Positions 41,271 through 55,415 of a stretch of 64,000 bases of DNA are shown one piece after another. The translations under genes and the position numbers were made by a program. The notes beneath the pieces were generated by a model. It was not told where the DNA came from. It searched no databases and saw nothing but the letters and a program-made list of their open reading frames with translations. Origin of the DNA: Eledone cirrhosa (taxonomy: Eukaryota); contig OZ024742.1 of NCBI GenBank assembly GCA_964016885.1, forward strand, positions 136,462,001-136,526,000. The letters are read 5' to 3'. The number at the start of each line of letters is the position of its first letter. The stretch's first letter is position 1.

Positions 41271-42323
41271 CTAGCATTAAAGCCCGGCGTTGCTCGGGGT
41301 CATTAAGTTACCAAAGTTAGGTTGCACCACCCATTTTATGGCAGCACTTTTTTGTCTGCCAGGCACTGGGTGAATGAACTGCACACCTGGAAGCAGGAGC
41401 TGCGCCAGCAGTGACAATTGCAGTTTCGCCTATGGATATTATCTCTGTGCAAAAAAGTGTTGAAATTTATTGTTTCGCAGTACTTGCGCAACACGCGTGT
41501 AGATGATGCCAGCCGAAAAACAGAGCTGCGATGGAGTTGTTCTGCATGGTTGTCTGTGTGTTTTCTAAATTTAAGACAGTAGGGAGGGTTGTGATATGAG
41601 GGAGATTTAGCTGTTGTTTCTAGCAAGTTTAGTGACCTCATAGAGGATATGTGTTTTCTAAATTTAAGACAGTAGGGAGTGGTGTGATATGGGGGAGAGT
41701 TAGCTGCTGTTTCTTGCAGGTTTAGTGACCTCATAGAAGATATGTTTTCTAAATTTAAGACATTAGGGAGGGGTGTGGTATGGGGGAGAGTTAGCTGCTG
41801 TTTCTAGCAGGTTTAGTGACCTCATAGAGGATATTATTGTTTATCATTATCTATAAAAGGCAGATTGTTGTTGTTGTTGTTGAAGTGAATGTGTGTTTGT
41901 ATGCGTTTGGAAAAAAAGTTTTAAAAAAGATTTATCACTTGTTGTTGAATAAATGTATTTGTATAAAAGAGAAAGTAACAAAATGTGTGGGTTGTAGTTA
42001 GAGGAAAGCAGATGATATGAGAGAGTAAAACGGACAGTATCACCATCAAGCTTGGAAAGAGAAAGTAGCAGAAAGTATGAAGTTGTATAGATTTTGAATG
42101 GTAGTGGAAATAGTTTATCAGTTTAAATGACAGAAAAATCGTAAAATATTGAGTTTTATCTATTTTTTGCGTAATTGTGGGTGAAATTGAAAACATTATC
42201 TGTGCCAAGACGCTATCGAAGCTATTTCGAATACTGAATTGTAAGTTTCAATTGAAGAAATTCTATATCGTAGATTTCTATAAGAAAGGAGCATGACCAC
42301 ACACTGAGCTTTATAGATTATGA
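41271..42323 (-). mobile_element. Non-autonomous Helitron
   Basis: On the minus strand: 5'-TC start, subterminal hairpin CCCGAGCAACGCCGGG, CTAG-3' end, inserted between A and T within (TA)n. Contains three tandem repeats of about 92 bp (41557-41833). Confidence 0.7.
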
Positions 42324-42755
42324 TATTTATATATATATATTTATATATATATATATTTATATATATATATTTATATATATATATTTATATATATATACTT
42401 ATATATATATATTTATATATATATATTTATATATAAATAGTTATATATATATAGTTATATATATATATATAGTTATATATATAGTTATATATATATATAT
42501 AGTTATATATATATATATAGTTATATATATATATATAGTTATATATATATATATAGTTATATATATCTATATAGTTATATATATATATAGTTATATATAT
42601 ATATATAGTTATATATATATATATAGTTATATATATATATAGTTATATATATATATATAGTTATATATATATATATAGTTATATATATATATAGTTATAT
42701 ATATATATATAGTTATATATATATAGTTATATATATAGTTATATATATATATAGT

Positions 42756-42808
<53 letters not shown>

Positions 42809-42830
42809 AATATATATATATATATTTATA
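42324..42830. repeat. (TA)n array with a GTTA(TA)n higher-order period
   Basis: Direct inspection. Confidence 0.9.
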
Positions 42831-42950
42831 TAGGAAAAGGTTCAAGAGCCCCAACGGCAGAGCTCAAGCCGTTTTGACAGCCATTTCTGGATACAGAAAT
42901 AGCCTTCGAACGGCTTGAACTCTGCTGTCAGGGTATTGAACCTTTTCCTA
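42831..42950. repeat. 120-bp imperfect palindrome related to the 39572/40717 repeats
   Basis: TAGGAAAAGGTTCAA...TTTCTG GATA CAGAAA...TTGAACCTTTTCCTA. Confidence 0.8.
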
Positions 42951-43122
42951 TTAGCCACTCTACTACCGTAAGTATTGAGTGTTCTGGTGTGTTATAGTCT
43001 GCCTGGTTCCTTACCACACTTCCTTTGTTATATATATAGTTGATATACGTATAGTCATTATATATATCAGTCTGAATCTCATCTACATATCTTAATTATT
43101 CATTACTTTTGTATTTTTACAG

Positions 43123-43317
43123 ATACCTGTCCTGTATTGTGTAAAGGCAACGGTTATTATCATCAGGGTTTATGTCAATGCCATCCTGGCTGGAAGGGCC
43201 AAGAATGTGAGATTCCATCCAATGCTTGTGAAGTTCCTAACTGTAATGGAAATGGTGAATGCATTCATGGTCAATGCATCTGCAATCATGGTTATAAAGG
43301 TGCAGACTGTAGTGTCC
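43123..43317 (+). CDS. Teneurin exon, EGF repeats 2 and 3
   Basis: Acceptor TTTTTACAG ending 43122, donor GTAAGT at 43318. 195 bp, phase 1-1. TCPVLCKGNGYYHQGLCQCHPGWKGQEC has only 5 Cys (Tyr replaces Cys3), which is the teneurin EGF2 hallmark. Confidence 0.93.
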
Positions 43318-44000
43318 GTAAGTATCCTTCTGTCAGCCTTTCTAATCGAAGTATATGAATTTTGTTGATATTTGGCTTATTTTATTTTTCCTTATACAAG
43401 ATGTTCCAAGCAACACCTAAGTATATGTCATCTAGGTATATTATTTTTTAAATGAAAAAAATATACATGATATTTAACCTTCAAATACCTTGTTAAAATA
43501 AATTACTTGGGTTGATATCCTTTATATTCCCTGCGTCAACTTTGCTTTTTATTATTTTGGGATTGATAAACATAATATCCCACATTAGAATTGTAGATTG
43601 GCACTGTGGTTGGAGTTTGGACACATGCTTTGTACTATTTGTTCCAACAATTTATATTTTGTGTGTCATGGCAGCAGTGACAAATCTAGCTGATGAAATG
43701 GTGGTTTATAAATAGCAGCTGTAGTATGCTCAGGAAACCCCCTTTGTATTAGCCCATAAATTTGCAACCTTGAGTCATTGTTGGCCTAAGGCTACAGAAA
43801 GAGTATTCATGTATATGTGTGTATAAATATACACATGCATGCACATATATACATATACACTCATGCCATTGTTGGAAGTGAGAATGAGTACTCAATATGA
43901 AAGTAAAGTTTAAATATTCTTTATTATATCTATGTGATGAGCCTTTTTACTCCAGGGTAACATGACTCCCCAATTAGCCAAATTAATGAAATTTAGATAT

Positions 44001-44055
<55 letters not shown>

Positions 44056-44097
44056 GGCAAGGTATAGCCTATACATGCTTGTCATTGTTTAGTAATC

Positions 44098-44268
44098 ATT
44101 GGCAGTATCTGTAGAGGGTTGGACGCCATGCTTTCTAGCATAGTTACAATCTGAGTTCAAATCCCGCCGAGGTTAACTTTGCCTTTCATCCTTACGGGGT
44201 CGATAAAATAAAGTACCAGTAATGTACTGGTAAATTTCTGGCCTTGTGCCAAAAGTAGAAACAATTAT
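44098..44268 (+). mobile_element. Family A SINE
   Basis: CTGAGTTCAAATCCCGCCGAGGTTAACTTTGCCTTTCATCCTTACGGGGTCGATAAAATAAAGTACCAG. Confidence 0.8.
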
Positions 44269-44898
44269 TTTGTTTGTATGAATTGTTATTCAGTAAATTC
44301 TTTGTTATTTTTATTTAAAGACAGGACAACTCACACAATAGTTAACACAGACTATTTTTGGTTTTTGTTTCTGAATGTCTCTACGGATTCGTGTATGTTT
44401 GTTTGTGTGTGCGTCTGTGTGTGTCTGTGTATCTGTATAGCTCTCATCCTGAACCACTGCCGTCACTCCCATGACTATCACCTTCATTACCAACACAACT
44501 GCCACAACATCTACCCTGATATCTTTATCTCGTCTCTTCTGCAACCTAGATCTCTATCTCTCTAGATAAGACATTGCTAAAGAAGTGGCTATGGAAAGCA
44601 ACATCTGCAATGAATCAGTGTTGTCTATTTACAGTCACACCCCATCTCCCTCAGTCTCTATCTCTCTTCACTTTTTTATTTTTTCTCTATTTCTCTCTTT
44701 CTTTCTTTCATTCTCACAGCATTCCGTTATGTCTTATCAGATCTGGGAAGAATTCTGGGTTTTGTTTTTATTTGCTTAACTCTTCTACTATGGGTATATG
44801 TGTATGTATACATGTTTGTAGTTGTGCATTTAGATGATTGCATTTGTTCCCATGTATGCATATATGTATGAGAATATATATATGTATATATATGTATA

Positions 44899-44944
<46 letters not shown>

Positions 44945-44968
44945 CATACATATAAATGTATATGTATA

Positions 44969-44999
<31 letters not shown>

Positions 45000-47900
45000 T
45001 CTCATACATATATACATACATGTATGTACTTACATATACATTTATATGTATGTATGTATGTACTTACATATACATTTATATGTATGTATGTATGTACTTA
45101 CATACACATATACACATACATTATGACTGAACAAAGCAATTATGTAAAAATAGATACCTTTCTTAATATAATTGGTATAGCGACAGATAGCTTACAACAC
45201 AGATTATAAATAGTTAACACACACTGGTGCATATGCACATAACATGTATATATTCACATATAAACAAAGATATACATGAGATATTATTATTCTCACTATA
45301 AAGGAAATTCACTCCCAAAATATATGCAATAGCTAAGCTTCATTGGCATTCCTCCTTTGATTCCATTTGGAAACTGAAATTCAGCAAAAGTTCTAGACAT
45401 CATGGTTCCTAGTGCCATTCTGATGAGCTAAAGTTGTTTGCTGACTGTTTTACAACTACTCCAGCCATTTGTACAAAAGCAGACATGAAATGATGATGAT
45501 TTTATACATATTGACCAGTTCACAATATGTTAAAAGAATTAAGGTTTTGTCACATAGTCAATGGCCCAGCACCTTCATCAAGTAACCATTATATGTATAT
45601 AGTTGTACATGTATATATATATATATATATAATATGAAGAGGGGAAGTGTGATATACTTGCAGAAATATTGTCCACTGAGCGATTCTCTCCTATTTAGGT
45701 ATATGTGCACGAGTATGTATACAAATATATAAAAAGGAATCACTACATTTTTTGACAAGCAAATGAGACAAACTTGCACTGACATTTTTTCTTGCAATAT
45801 ATTTTGTTTAATGCAATGATATTTATTCTCTACAAAATGGTTCATCCCAACCTAATTAAGAAATGATGGGAAAATAGTCAGAAATAAGCAGTGGCATTAT
45901 TGAAAGAGCCCATGCAGTACCTTTAATGAAATTTGAAAGTGTACTGATTTTCAAATAAAATGTTTTTCTATCATGTCTCAATTACTCAATTGCCTCTACT
46001 CTAGGAGTGTGCAGTGAGGAAAAGGATTTATAATTAAATGGCAAAATATCTTTCATGATGGGAGAATGATATGAGCTTGCAATGATATATTTAATTTTGC
46101 AGTTTATTTATTTAATGCATAAACACAATACTTATATTTGCCAAAGCAAATCATCTGGTGACATGCAAAGACATTCAGATTTATTATTATAGATATATTC
46201 TTTACTTATACTTGGTTGACACGTTAGCCTGTAGGCAAGCTGGAATGTAGTCAATTTAATCAATACTATTATTTCTTTTTTCAAATGTAGTACATATTTT
46301 ATAGATCTCTATATATCAAACTGCTAAGTTGCAAGATATAAACTAACACAAGATAGAAACACCGACATAAATAAATGCACATACACATGGCTCGTCTGTT
46401 TTCAGGCACCATCCACCTGATTTCACTCAAAAAGCATCAATCAACCTGAGGACATATTAATAGACATTTGCTAAGGTGCCAAATGATAGGACTGACTTTT
46501 TCTGAAAATTTTGGCTAAGATTTTAATAACTTCCTATCATTAGGTTAGAGGTCTTATTGGGTGTATATTATGTATTTAGGTTTTGATTTGAAAGAATCTT
46601 TGAAGCTGGGCATAATCTGATTATTGTTTTGAAATGCTGGAAAGGACAGAAGAGAAAAAGAAAGAAATAATTAGGGAGAGAGAGAATAATATACAGATAA
46701 TGTACTGTTAAGAAAAGTTGTTTCTTGAGCCTAGCCTAGAGTCACATCAGGCTGGAGCTTCTCCCAGACTCATGTAATATTCAAAGAATGAAAGTTCAAG
46801 ACTTGGATGGGGTGCCAGTTTGTCACAATGTTAACCTCCAGTGATTACTAATACTCATCTTCAGTTGCATGGACTGCCATCTGGTCCGAGAATTATACCT
46901 ATAATCATAGAAACATGTGACCAACACCATAACTACCAGGATGTCTACCTTCACAGTTGAAATATCACATTCTTTAATGTTCATCATGTTAAACACTTTT
47001 ATCAAACAAAAGGAAAACAAGCCCTATAATATAATTATGGAAAATAAAATAAACACCTCTCCTTTCTACTACTACTGCTACAAATACTGTAGTAAAAAAA
47101 GAATGGTAAAAGTATGCATGTGGTTTGTGCAGCATGTGTGTGAGAATGTCATGCTGAAGAGGTTTTGTCTGTGATCTTGATTTTGTTATAATTCTTGATC
47201 TTCTAAGTTAACCTTCAATAAACACTTGTCCCCATGAAACACATGAATTAAAAAAAAATGAAGGATATAAAAAAAGGAAAACAGAAAACAACAAAAAAGT
47301 ATGGAAAAGAAGCATACATGAAAAGAAAGAAAACTACTGCTCAGCCCTACTGTTGTATTATTAAATACAAAATATCACAGAAACCTTAAACTCAATCTTT
47401 TGCACACAAAATGTTTCCTAAACCACCTGCGGTTGATTTTCTTGGAGAGAGTTCCAAGAGATTCCAGATTATTCCAACATATTTTTTATCTTTGTATTTG
47501 TATTTTTCTTTCTGTTTTTTTGCCTGTAATTTCAAATCTTTTTCTCTTCGTATCCCTACAAACCTTCTTCCTCTAATGACAAACATTATATAATACTTGC
47601 TATTTTATTGCTTCTGTGTGCCATTTCTAAACTCTAAACAGTGTTTAATACATGAATGTTTTCTTTACATGCATGTTCCTCTTGGTATAAAATACATATA
47701 TATGCACACATAACTATGTGCATATACAAATATCAAATATATATAAAACACACACACACATGTACATACATTTCCATGCATATGCATGTATATACGTTTA
47801 TGCATATATATATATATATATATATATAACCACACTTTTATATATATTTACATAATTATAGATATGGGCAATATTATATATACCTACATGGAGTATTTAT

Positions 47901-48875
47901 TAATGTGTGAGTGTTTGTCTCCCCCATCGCTTCACATTTGCTATCACTTAAGCAAACTGATATTGTCTCCCACAGCTCAGTGTTTCAATATGCAAAGTCT
48001 AGTAGATTAAAGTAGCTTACTTGAAAAAAAGAAACCCTGAAGGTTTGACAGCCACATAATTACATTAAGGAAACTTGTGTAGCCTGTGCAAAAATGATGA
48101 TGTATATATCCAATTCAATCAAGGGCCTTCTCTCTTCTGTTGGAGGAACACCCGTCTGATTGACCTTCACCACTTTGTTTGGTTTTGGTCATGTCAGAGG
48201 TGTAGTCGTACTCACCATGCTTGGAAAATTGCCGATTGCAGGTACATATACATGTATATCATGGGCATGTAACTCTATATATAATGATATACAGCATGCC
48301 TTCGTCATTTACACCTGAGGGAAGATATCCCACTCCATGTTCGAATGAAATCGAGGAAGAATCAACCCCAGTAATTAGCTGGGATAGATGATCTATCTGG
48401 GGCTTGAAATAAGTGTGTAAAGAGCCAGAATGGATACTACAAAGCATTCTATCTGACATTGTAATGATTCTGCTAAATTCCCACCTTTAATACTGCATGT
48501 ATATATAATATATTTCTGTATAGGTATATAAATATGTGTCTATGGTCTCAGGCAGACATGCATACATACATTAACATAATCTCACATACATAACTGTCTT
48601 CTATAAGTACCAAATCAGTGACATCCATTCCCTCAATGAAATCATTAAAGGTGTATCTTGCTTTATTGTTACATTTGTTTTATCTGTGTCCCTGCACAGA
48701 TTTGAATAAGCAGCATTTAGGTATATGGATGTATTATTTTCTACATGTTGTTTGCTTATATATATATATAATGTATAGGTTCGCCAGTGGTGTGGGGGCG
48801 GGGGCTGCAGCCACAGTTAAAAAGCTATTCAATACGAAAGAAGAGAATAGGCATTTTTATTATATATAGAAATGA

Positions 48876-48922
48876 CTTCTACAGGACTAGAACTGTTTCA
48901 TTCATATGAAGTCACCAGGAAA
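48876..48922 (-). ncRNA. GUA-family hammerhead copy with A6G (CTGGTGA), probably inactive
   Basis: Reverse complement TTTC-CTGGTGA-CTTCATATGAAT-GAAACAG-TTCTAGTC-CTGTA-GAAG. Confidence 0.6.
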
Positions 48923-49510
48923 GATTTCATACAAATGTAGAACTAATTTCTATATAAAAACATCACCATCATATGTCTCTTATGACAATTGATCTGCTGC
49001 TGAATAATTCCTGCAATTCTTCAAGTAATATTGAAAGTAATTGAGTAAATGAGGTATCAGACAACAACCTGAATAGTGTAAAAGCTATATCTTTTCTCCA
49101 ACACTTTGTATGTCCATGTCTGTGTGTCCACTTAACTCTCAACAATGATTTTCACATAGCAATAATTAGGTACTCTTGGTGATATATAATTTATTACTGC
49201 AAACAGTAGCAATGCTAAATTATTCATAAAAGATCCATTGTCCTATAGAGTATAGTTTCTTTATAGGGGATGCTACTGGCAACAGACCAGCAGCTTTTGT
49301 AGTAGCATTTGTTTTTACCAATCTAGCACTATGGAAACTAGAGATAAACATTGATCACTTGTACCTCTGTGATTTGGGAAAGAATTAAGTACTTCATGCA
49401 TTGTGTTCACAAATGTTGATTGGTAATTGCTCCTTTTCAATACAATGTTTGGGTGATTGGATTGCTGTGTTAAGATACATTTATATCTAAAAGGGCTATC
49501 AATCACAAAT

Positions 49511-49745
49511 GGTGCATGGCCTAGTGGTAAGGGTTTTGGACTTACGATCATAATGTTGTGGGTTTGATTCTTTAAGCCGGATTGTGTCTTGTGTTCTTGA
49601 GCATAACACTTCATTTCACATTTCTCCAGTATACTCAATTGAAAATGAGTACCTACAGTAGCTGGGGTTTTAAACCTGCAATGAACTGGTATCCTATCCA
49701 GAGGGATTCTTGTATACTCAATCACTTAAACACCATGGAAACCCA
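49511..49745 (+). mobile_element. Degenerate tRNA-derived SINE
   Basis: TGGCCTAGTGGTAAG (A box), GGTTTGATTC (B box), CTTGAGCATAACACTT. Confidence 0.6.
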
Positions 49746-50056
49746 ATGTGACAGACTTTAGACTTTATCAATCACAACTGTGGTATATGAAAGAGATAAA
49801 TAAATTTAAAAAGAAACAAATAAAGTATATTTTACTTAGAACACCACTGAATAATCTTGCAGCAAGTAATTTTCTGTTCTGTAAAGGACATGACAATCTG
49901 CCTAGTAACAGTGTCACAATAAAATGTACATGGGACATACTGTAAAGTAGATAGCATTAGAAAGTTCTCGAGCTGCAGAAACCATGCCAAAACGAGAACA
50001 TATGTAAATGAGACTTTACTCCAGCTGGTCTAGTTAAATATTAACTCTGGTTAAAT

Positions 50057-50238
50057 GATTGTTTCTACATTTGGCACAAGGCCAGCAATTACCCAGTACT
50101 GGTACTTTATTTTATCGACTCCATAAGGATGAAAGGCAAAGTTAACCTCGGCAGGATTTGAACTCAGAATGGCAAGGGCCATAACTCTATGCATCAGAGC
50201 ATGGTGTCCGACTCTCTACCAATACTGCCAACCCACCA
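50057..50238 (-). mobile_element. Family A SINE
   Basis: Near-identical to 33856-34042. Confidence 0.8.
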
Positions 50239-52835
50239 TAATGACCTGCCTAAACATTGCTAGCACAGAAAAAATTGAGGTAAAATCAGAAGAGGGATGA
50301 TGATATTTTGTTACTTTTTCCCTTTAGTTTTCTCTCTACTTCTCTCTCCATGTAGATGTGATACACATCATTATCCATGGCAAATGGTTATTACAACAAT
50401 GAATGTGTAATGTGTACTTGTAAAGGAACTCCTTGGTTATTGTCTTTGGCAGAATCAGATATATATTCTTCTTCTTTGCCTATTGATTCCTGGAAAGGTC
50501 ATGGGGGAAGAGTCCTCAAGCACGCTTTCAGCAGGTCCAGTCAGAAGCAACTGTCTCTAATTGATCTGGCTGGATCCTGAAGGAAGAACAGCCAAGCCCA
50601 TGGATGTTATCAAGCCATATTGCTTGGGGTCTACATCAGGGTTTCCTGCCAGTTGTTTTTGCCCATAAACTCTGTCCAACAATTAATACTAATAGTCTCA
50701 AATTTAGACAAGCAATATAGGAACAATTATTTTGTCCAAAAGGAAATTCTGTTGGATTAAAGAAAATATATGATAGTATAGGTAGTATACAGACCCTATC
50801 CCTGTCGGAACAGCATGGTTTATCCAACAGCACACACCATTGAATTACTAAATGAACATATATCTCTCTATGTAGTAGGACAATATGACAAGCTTTTAAT
50901 GACACTAGAAGTGTACACACACACATACACACACATATGTTTACACTGTGTGTATGACTGAAGAAACAGAAAGTCAATCTGCTTATATAATGCATAAAAC
51001 AAACTGCAATCAACAAAAACTACTAGTTAGCAATTACGTAAATCTGTCTGTGGCATTAATTTCTCTTCAGCAATATTTCAACTTTATGGTTATCTCTCAG
51101 TTCAGGTTACTTCCTTCTAATTTTGAGTTATATGGCCACACAGTATCACATGAAACGTTGAGCACAAGCTCTCAGAAATATAGAACAAATACTTATACAG
51201 ACAACAGTGTTCTCAATCGCTCTGTGCCTGATGCTTAAGATATGCTCTACCACATTTTTATTCTGTTGTTTTCCTAGATTATTTCTCTCATGCTCACAAA
51301 TATGTGTATATACATATATATATATTGTTATACTTGGGGAGGGTCATATTTGCGTAATATTGCCAGAATTAATATATATACCTTGATGGTCTGTCAACTT
51401 AAAGTTAATGGTTTCAATGCAAGATTTTGAATCATATGGATTCCAGTATTAATGATCAGGTCTACCTAGTTTTTAAGAACATCATCAACAGCAGCAACAA
51501 CAGCACCAATATCCCTACCATATAAAGCTGCACAGTACAAAGAAGGCTGAAACTAACAACACTATAGCAGCAACATAACTAAGACATATATGGAGGAAAA
51601 GAGGAAACTTAACCAAATAAATAATATAATATTAAGAATCCAATAGTACTATGAGTTAAATTTAATTAAGATGGTGATATTCGTTTCTGTGTATATAGTA
51701 TACAGTTGGTCAATAAAATCAGCTCCATGCATCAGTTCATCTAACTGACAAAAATGGAATGTAATTTGAAATGGAGAAGACTAGCTTTTTTATCTAGTAC
51801 TGTTTGGATCTATATTTAACTTCCAATTCAGGGCCTTCTCCCAGGTTGACCTCCACCACTTTTTGTTTGGTTTTGGTCATGTCAGGGGTATAGCTGAACT
51901 TTCCTTGCTTGGCCACATGCAGGTTGGTGAGGTTATTTAACCCATAGTTGGGGTGAATGGCCTTTGACTCTGAGGAGTTCATCTGCCTTTTTAGCAGCTC
52001 TTATGTTTTCTGCTGCTGGGGTTCCACTTACCCTCCTCACTAGACCAGGATCTGTTTGGGGAGCTATTTTACTTGCTGACCACTCAACAAAGAGGCAGGT
52101 TATACTAGGTTACATGGTACCAGTAGCAGGCAGACACTTGACCTGACCATCTTTTACTTACTAGATCCATAGAATCACTAAAATAAAACATTATTCTATT
52201 AATAGAGATAACTACAAATATTTATAAACAGGAAAAGATATAATTTTAGCATAAACAACATTCACATGTTAAAAGAGAGAGAGAGAAACGAAATAACTTT
52301 AAATAGCAAAAAGAAAAGGAAATGGGGAAGCAGCATCAGATTCTAAACTTTGGTCTAGAGATAGTATATCTCAGATACACCCTGCTGATAAAATGGCAAA
52401 GGCATTGCTGCAGAGAACTGCCAGTGACACTCACTGCATCAGCCATTTTACCCAACAGGGCTCCATGCTCATGTGGGATACACTCCTAATTTTTATGAGG
52501 AAAACAACAGTTCTGTAATTGAAGACTCAGGAGATCTTGAATGAGACCAACATGAAAAGGAAGCGATCAGTCAAATCCTGTTATTTAGCTATCTCCCTCT
52601 CTTTCATGCTATGAGTGACAGTAACCGTGTATGTGGCCAAAAGAACAATGCTGGAGAGGCAGACATGTTGCAGCATGTGATGTCCAAGATTAGAGATTTA
52701 CCTCTTTCAAACAAAAGGTGGATTAGCCCATCAGTGTGCTTACCATCACTACAGTTGAAGTCAGCAACATAGTCAAAAGAAGAAGATATTAAACATCTTC
52801 ATTTTATATTATATAATCAAATCAAAGGCAGAGTT

Positions 52836-52943
52836 AATCCCGTCGAGGTTAACTTTGCCTTTCATCCTTACGGGGTCGATAAAATAAAGTACCAGTAATG
52901 TACTGGGTTATTGCTGGCCTTGTGTCAAAATTAGAAACAATTA
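52836..52943 (+). mobile_element. 5'-truncated family A SINE; TATATAATCAAATCA is repeated on both flanks
   Basis: Sequence match to 44160-44268. The flanking repeat at about 52810 and 52942 may be a TSD. Confidence 0.7.
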
Positions 52944-53614
52944 TATAATCAAATCACCAATTTGATTTGAAATCAAGCAAAGATTGAACATTAATTATAT
53001 TAGACATCTAACTCTTATGTTTCCATATTTCTCATGAAAGATATTGCCTATGATTTTCAAATAATTTAAAAGATAATCAAGAATTAAGAAGTATTAAAAA
53101 CTATACATAACATAGGTTCTTACAGAAAATGGTGGTGGAATACTGTTAAAAAAATATAAACATATTCATATAGTTTTGGATCATAGAAGTAGTGGTAGTT
53201 TTTGAAGATAAAGATAAAACATTTATTTTGTTTATTTCCTTTCATTTTCCTTTTTGTTTTCATTTTAATTTTCCATTTTATTTTCAATTTTTTTTTTGTT
53301 TTTGTTTTTAGTTTAATTGATCTGATTTGTTTTACATTTGTTTACATTTAAACGTAATTTTATGTTATTGAACATTTAAATTTTATAATTTTAAAGTGTT
53401 TACAATATTTTTATATTTTATTTTGTAATTTTATCCAGTTATTTTATTTATTTTATTTTATTTTATTTTGTTTTCCTTATATGTAATAAATAGAGCCATA
53501 AAAAACTAATCTAAAAAAACATATATCCTACACATTTCCAAACAAACATTCATAATTTGTTATATACTTCAAACTGACTTCTTGTCTTATTTTCATTTTT
53601 TTCCCACCACATAG

Positions 53615-53827
53615 TGGACTGCATAAACAACTGCTCTAGCAATGGTGTATGTAGTCTGGGTCGATGCATATGTTTCCAAGGCTATAAAGGTGCTAGTTGT
53701 GGCCAGCAGGACATTATAAACCTTGAGCACCTCTGCTCTAAGGACTGCTCTGGTCATGGTACCTATAACATTAAGACGGATCAATGTAACTGCGATTGGC
53801 ACTTCACTGGTGAACAGTGTGAAACAG
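53615..53827 (+). CDS. Teneurin exon, EGF repeats 4 and 5
   Basis: Acceptor after a pyrimidine tract, ATAG ending 53614; donor GTAACC at 53828. 213 bp, phase 1-1. CSKDCSGHGTYNIKTDQCNCDWHFTGEQC has 5 Cys (Tyr replaces Cys3), the teneurin EGF5 hallmark. Confidence 0.93.
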
Positions 53828-55249
53828 GTAACCAAACTGAACAGACAAGCAGCCTTCCTGCCCGCCATTTTCGTTTGAACCTCCGACATGCCCCAGTTTT
53901 AATCTGAACCTTCCCAAGCAAGTGCATCCATTACATGCATGCCACGGATGACGCTAAAAAAAAAAATCATAAACAGATAAAAGCAATATATATATATTTG
54001 TTTATCAGTTTTTGCATGCATACGAGATATGGAATACCTTGTAAATATATATATATATATATATATATGTATTTATATAAATTGCATGTGTACTAATATT
54101 TTTTTAAAATACAACAGGAATTAGTCTACATTTTTCGCGTACAAGGCCAATTTATTAAGAAAAAGTCTTTTGCTATGTGCATGTGTATACATATAGATAT
54201 ATATATGAATACACATACACTCATAGTTTCTAGCTGTTAAAATAATGCCACAACTAAAGAATAACAAATGCATGTCAATCCTCATTGCTGCCCTTCGTAT
54301 CGTCACTGCATCTTACATTTACCCTTATTCATTTCATAAGCATCATATTCATTATCCTCATTGTACATCATCATCACTGTCAGCATAGTAGCATTATCTG
54401 TTTCCTTTCATTTGGCATTAGATTGAAATTTCTTTCTTTTTTTGCCTATTTAAACTTTTACTATGTACCTACCTATTATTTGACACTGAATTTTGAACAT
54501 GGCAAAAATCCTAATTGAAATCATAAGTGTAATGTGCAAAAAGCATTACATAGTTACAGTTGATAGATATAAAATCATTTTTAAAGTTTTCTTTTTTTTT
54601 ATATTACACATTTTATTTTATTTTCTCTTTCTCTATGTATCATCCATCCCGCTTTTCAAAAAGGTTTCTAATCTTTTTATTAAGATTATCATCATATGGG
54701 GTTTAGTGTAGAGATAGGTAGCAGAGTCAATTACAAATACATAATACGTCATGGTATGTAGCTATATACCTTTATGTTCTGTGTTTAAACCCCACCTAAG
54801 TAGACTAAAATTTTCATTTTGGCAAAATTGATAAAATATATACTGATGATAAACTGATGTTGTTCTAGTCAACTCTTCCTATCTTATAAATTTGTGAAAT
54901 TGAGCTTACCATAGAAATGTTTATTATCATTAATTTAAGTAGGGATGGGAAATATCAGGCGAAGTAACTTGTAATACTTACTTATGTGTCTAAAGTGTAT
55001 GAATCCATTTCCGTTTAAGTGCACATTGTTTAGATGCACAAGGTAACCACTGGCAATTAATTGATTATGCCCCAAACTTACATAAATATAGCTTCATGTA
55101 TAGTCAGTCTATTGATATTATCATCATAGAGCGAGAGAATTAGAAAATCACTGGACAAAATTTGTCTTAGATGTTTTAACGACAAAAAAACACACAGTCC
55201 ATGCTGTAATGTCGCCATGTAGGTAACATGGTAAAAAGTTCCCAGTCCA

Positions 55250-55415
55250 CACTGTAAATGTGGTTGGTGTTAGGAAGGGCATCCAGCCATAGAAAACCTG
55301 CCAGATAGTCCTATACGAGCGAGACATGGTCACCCGACCAATCTTGCCTCAAGTGGGACAACTTCCGCCTAACCCATGCTAGCATGGAAGATAGACGTTA
55401 AACGATGATGATGAT
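55250..55415 (+). mobile_element. 3' part of an RTE-tailed SINE
   Basis: GTGGTTGGTGTTAGGAAGGGCATCCAGC...GACGTTAAACGATGATGATGATG. Confidence 0.7.

Noticed and set aside
41557-41833. Regularly spaced repeats considered as a CRISPR-like array
   Set aside because: The units are contiguous 92-bp tandem repeats without unique spacers, in a eukaryotic context with no cas genes.
53593-53889. 98-aa antisense ORF over the EGF4-5 exon
   Set aside because: It is a shadow of the sense coding exon with no recognisable domain.
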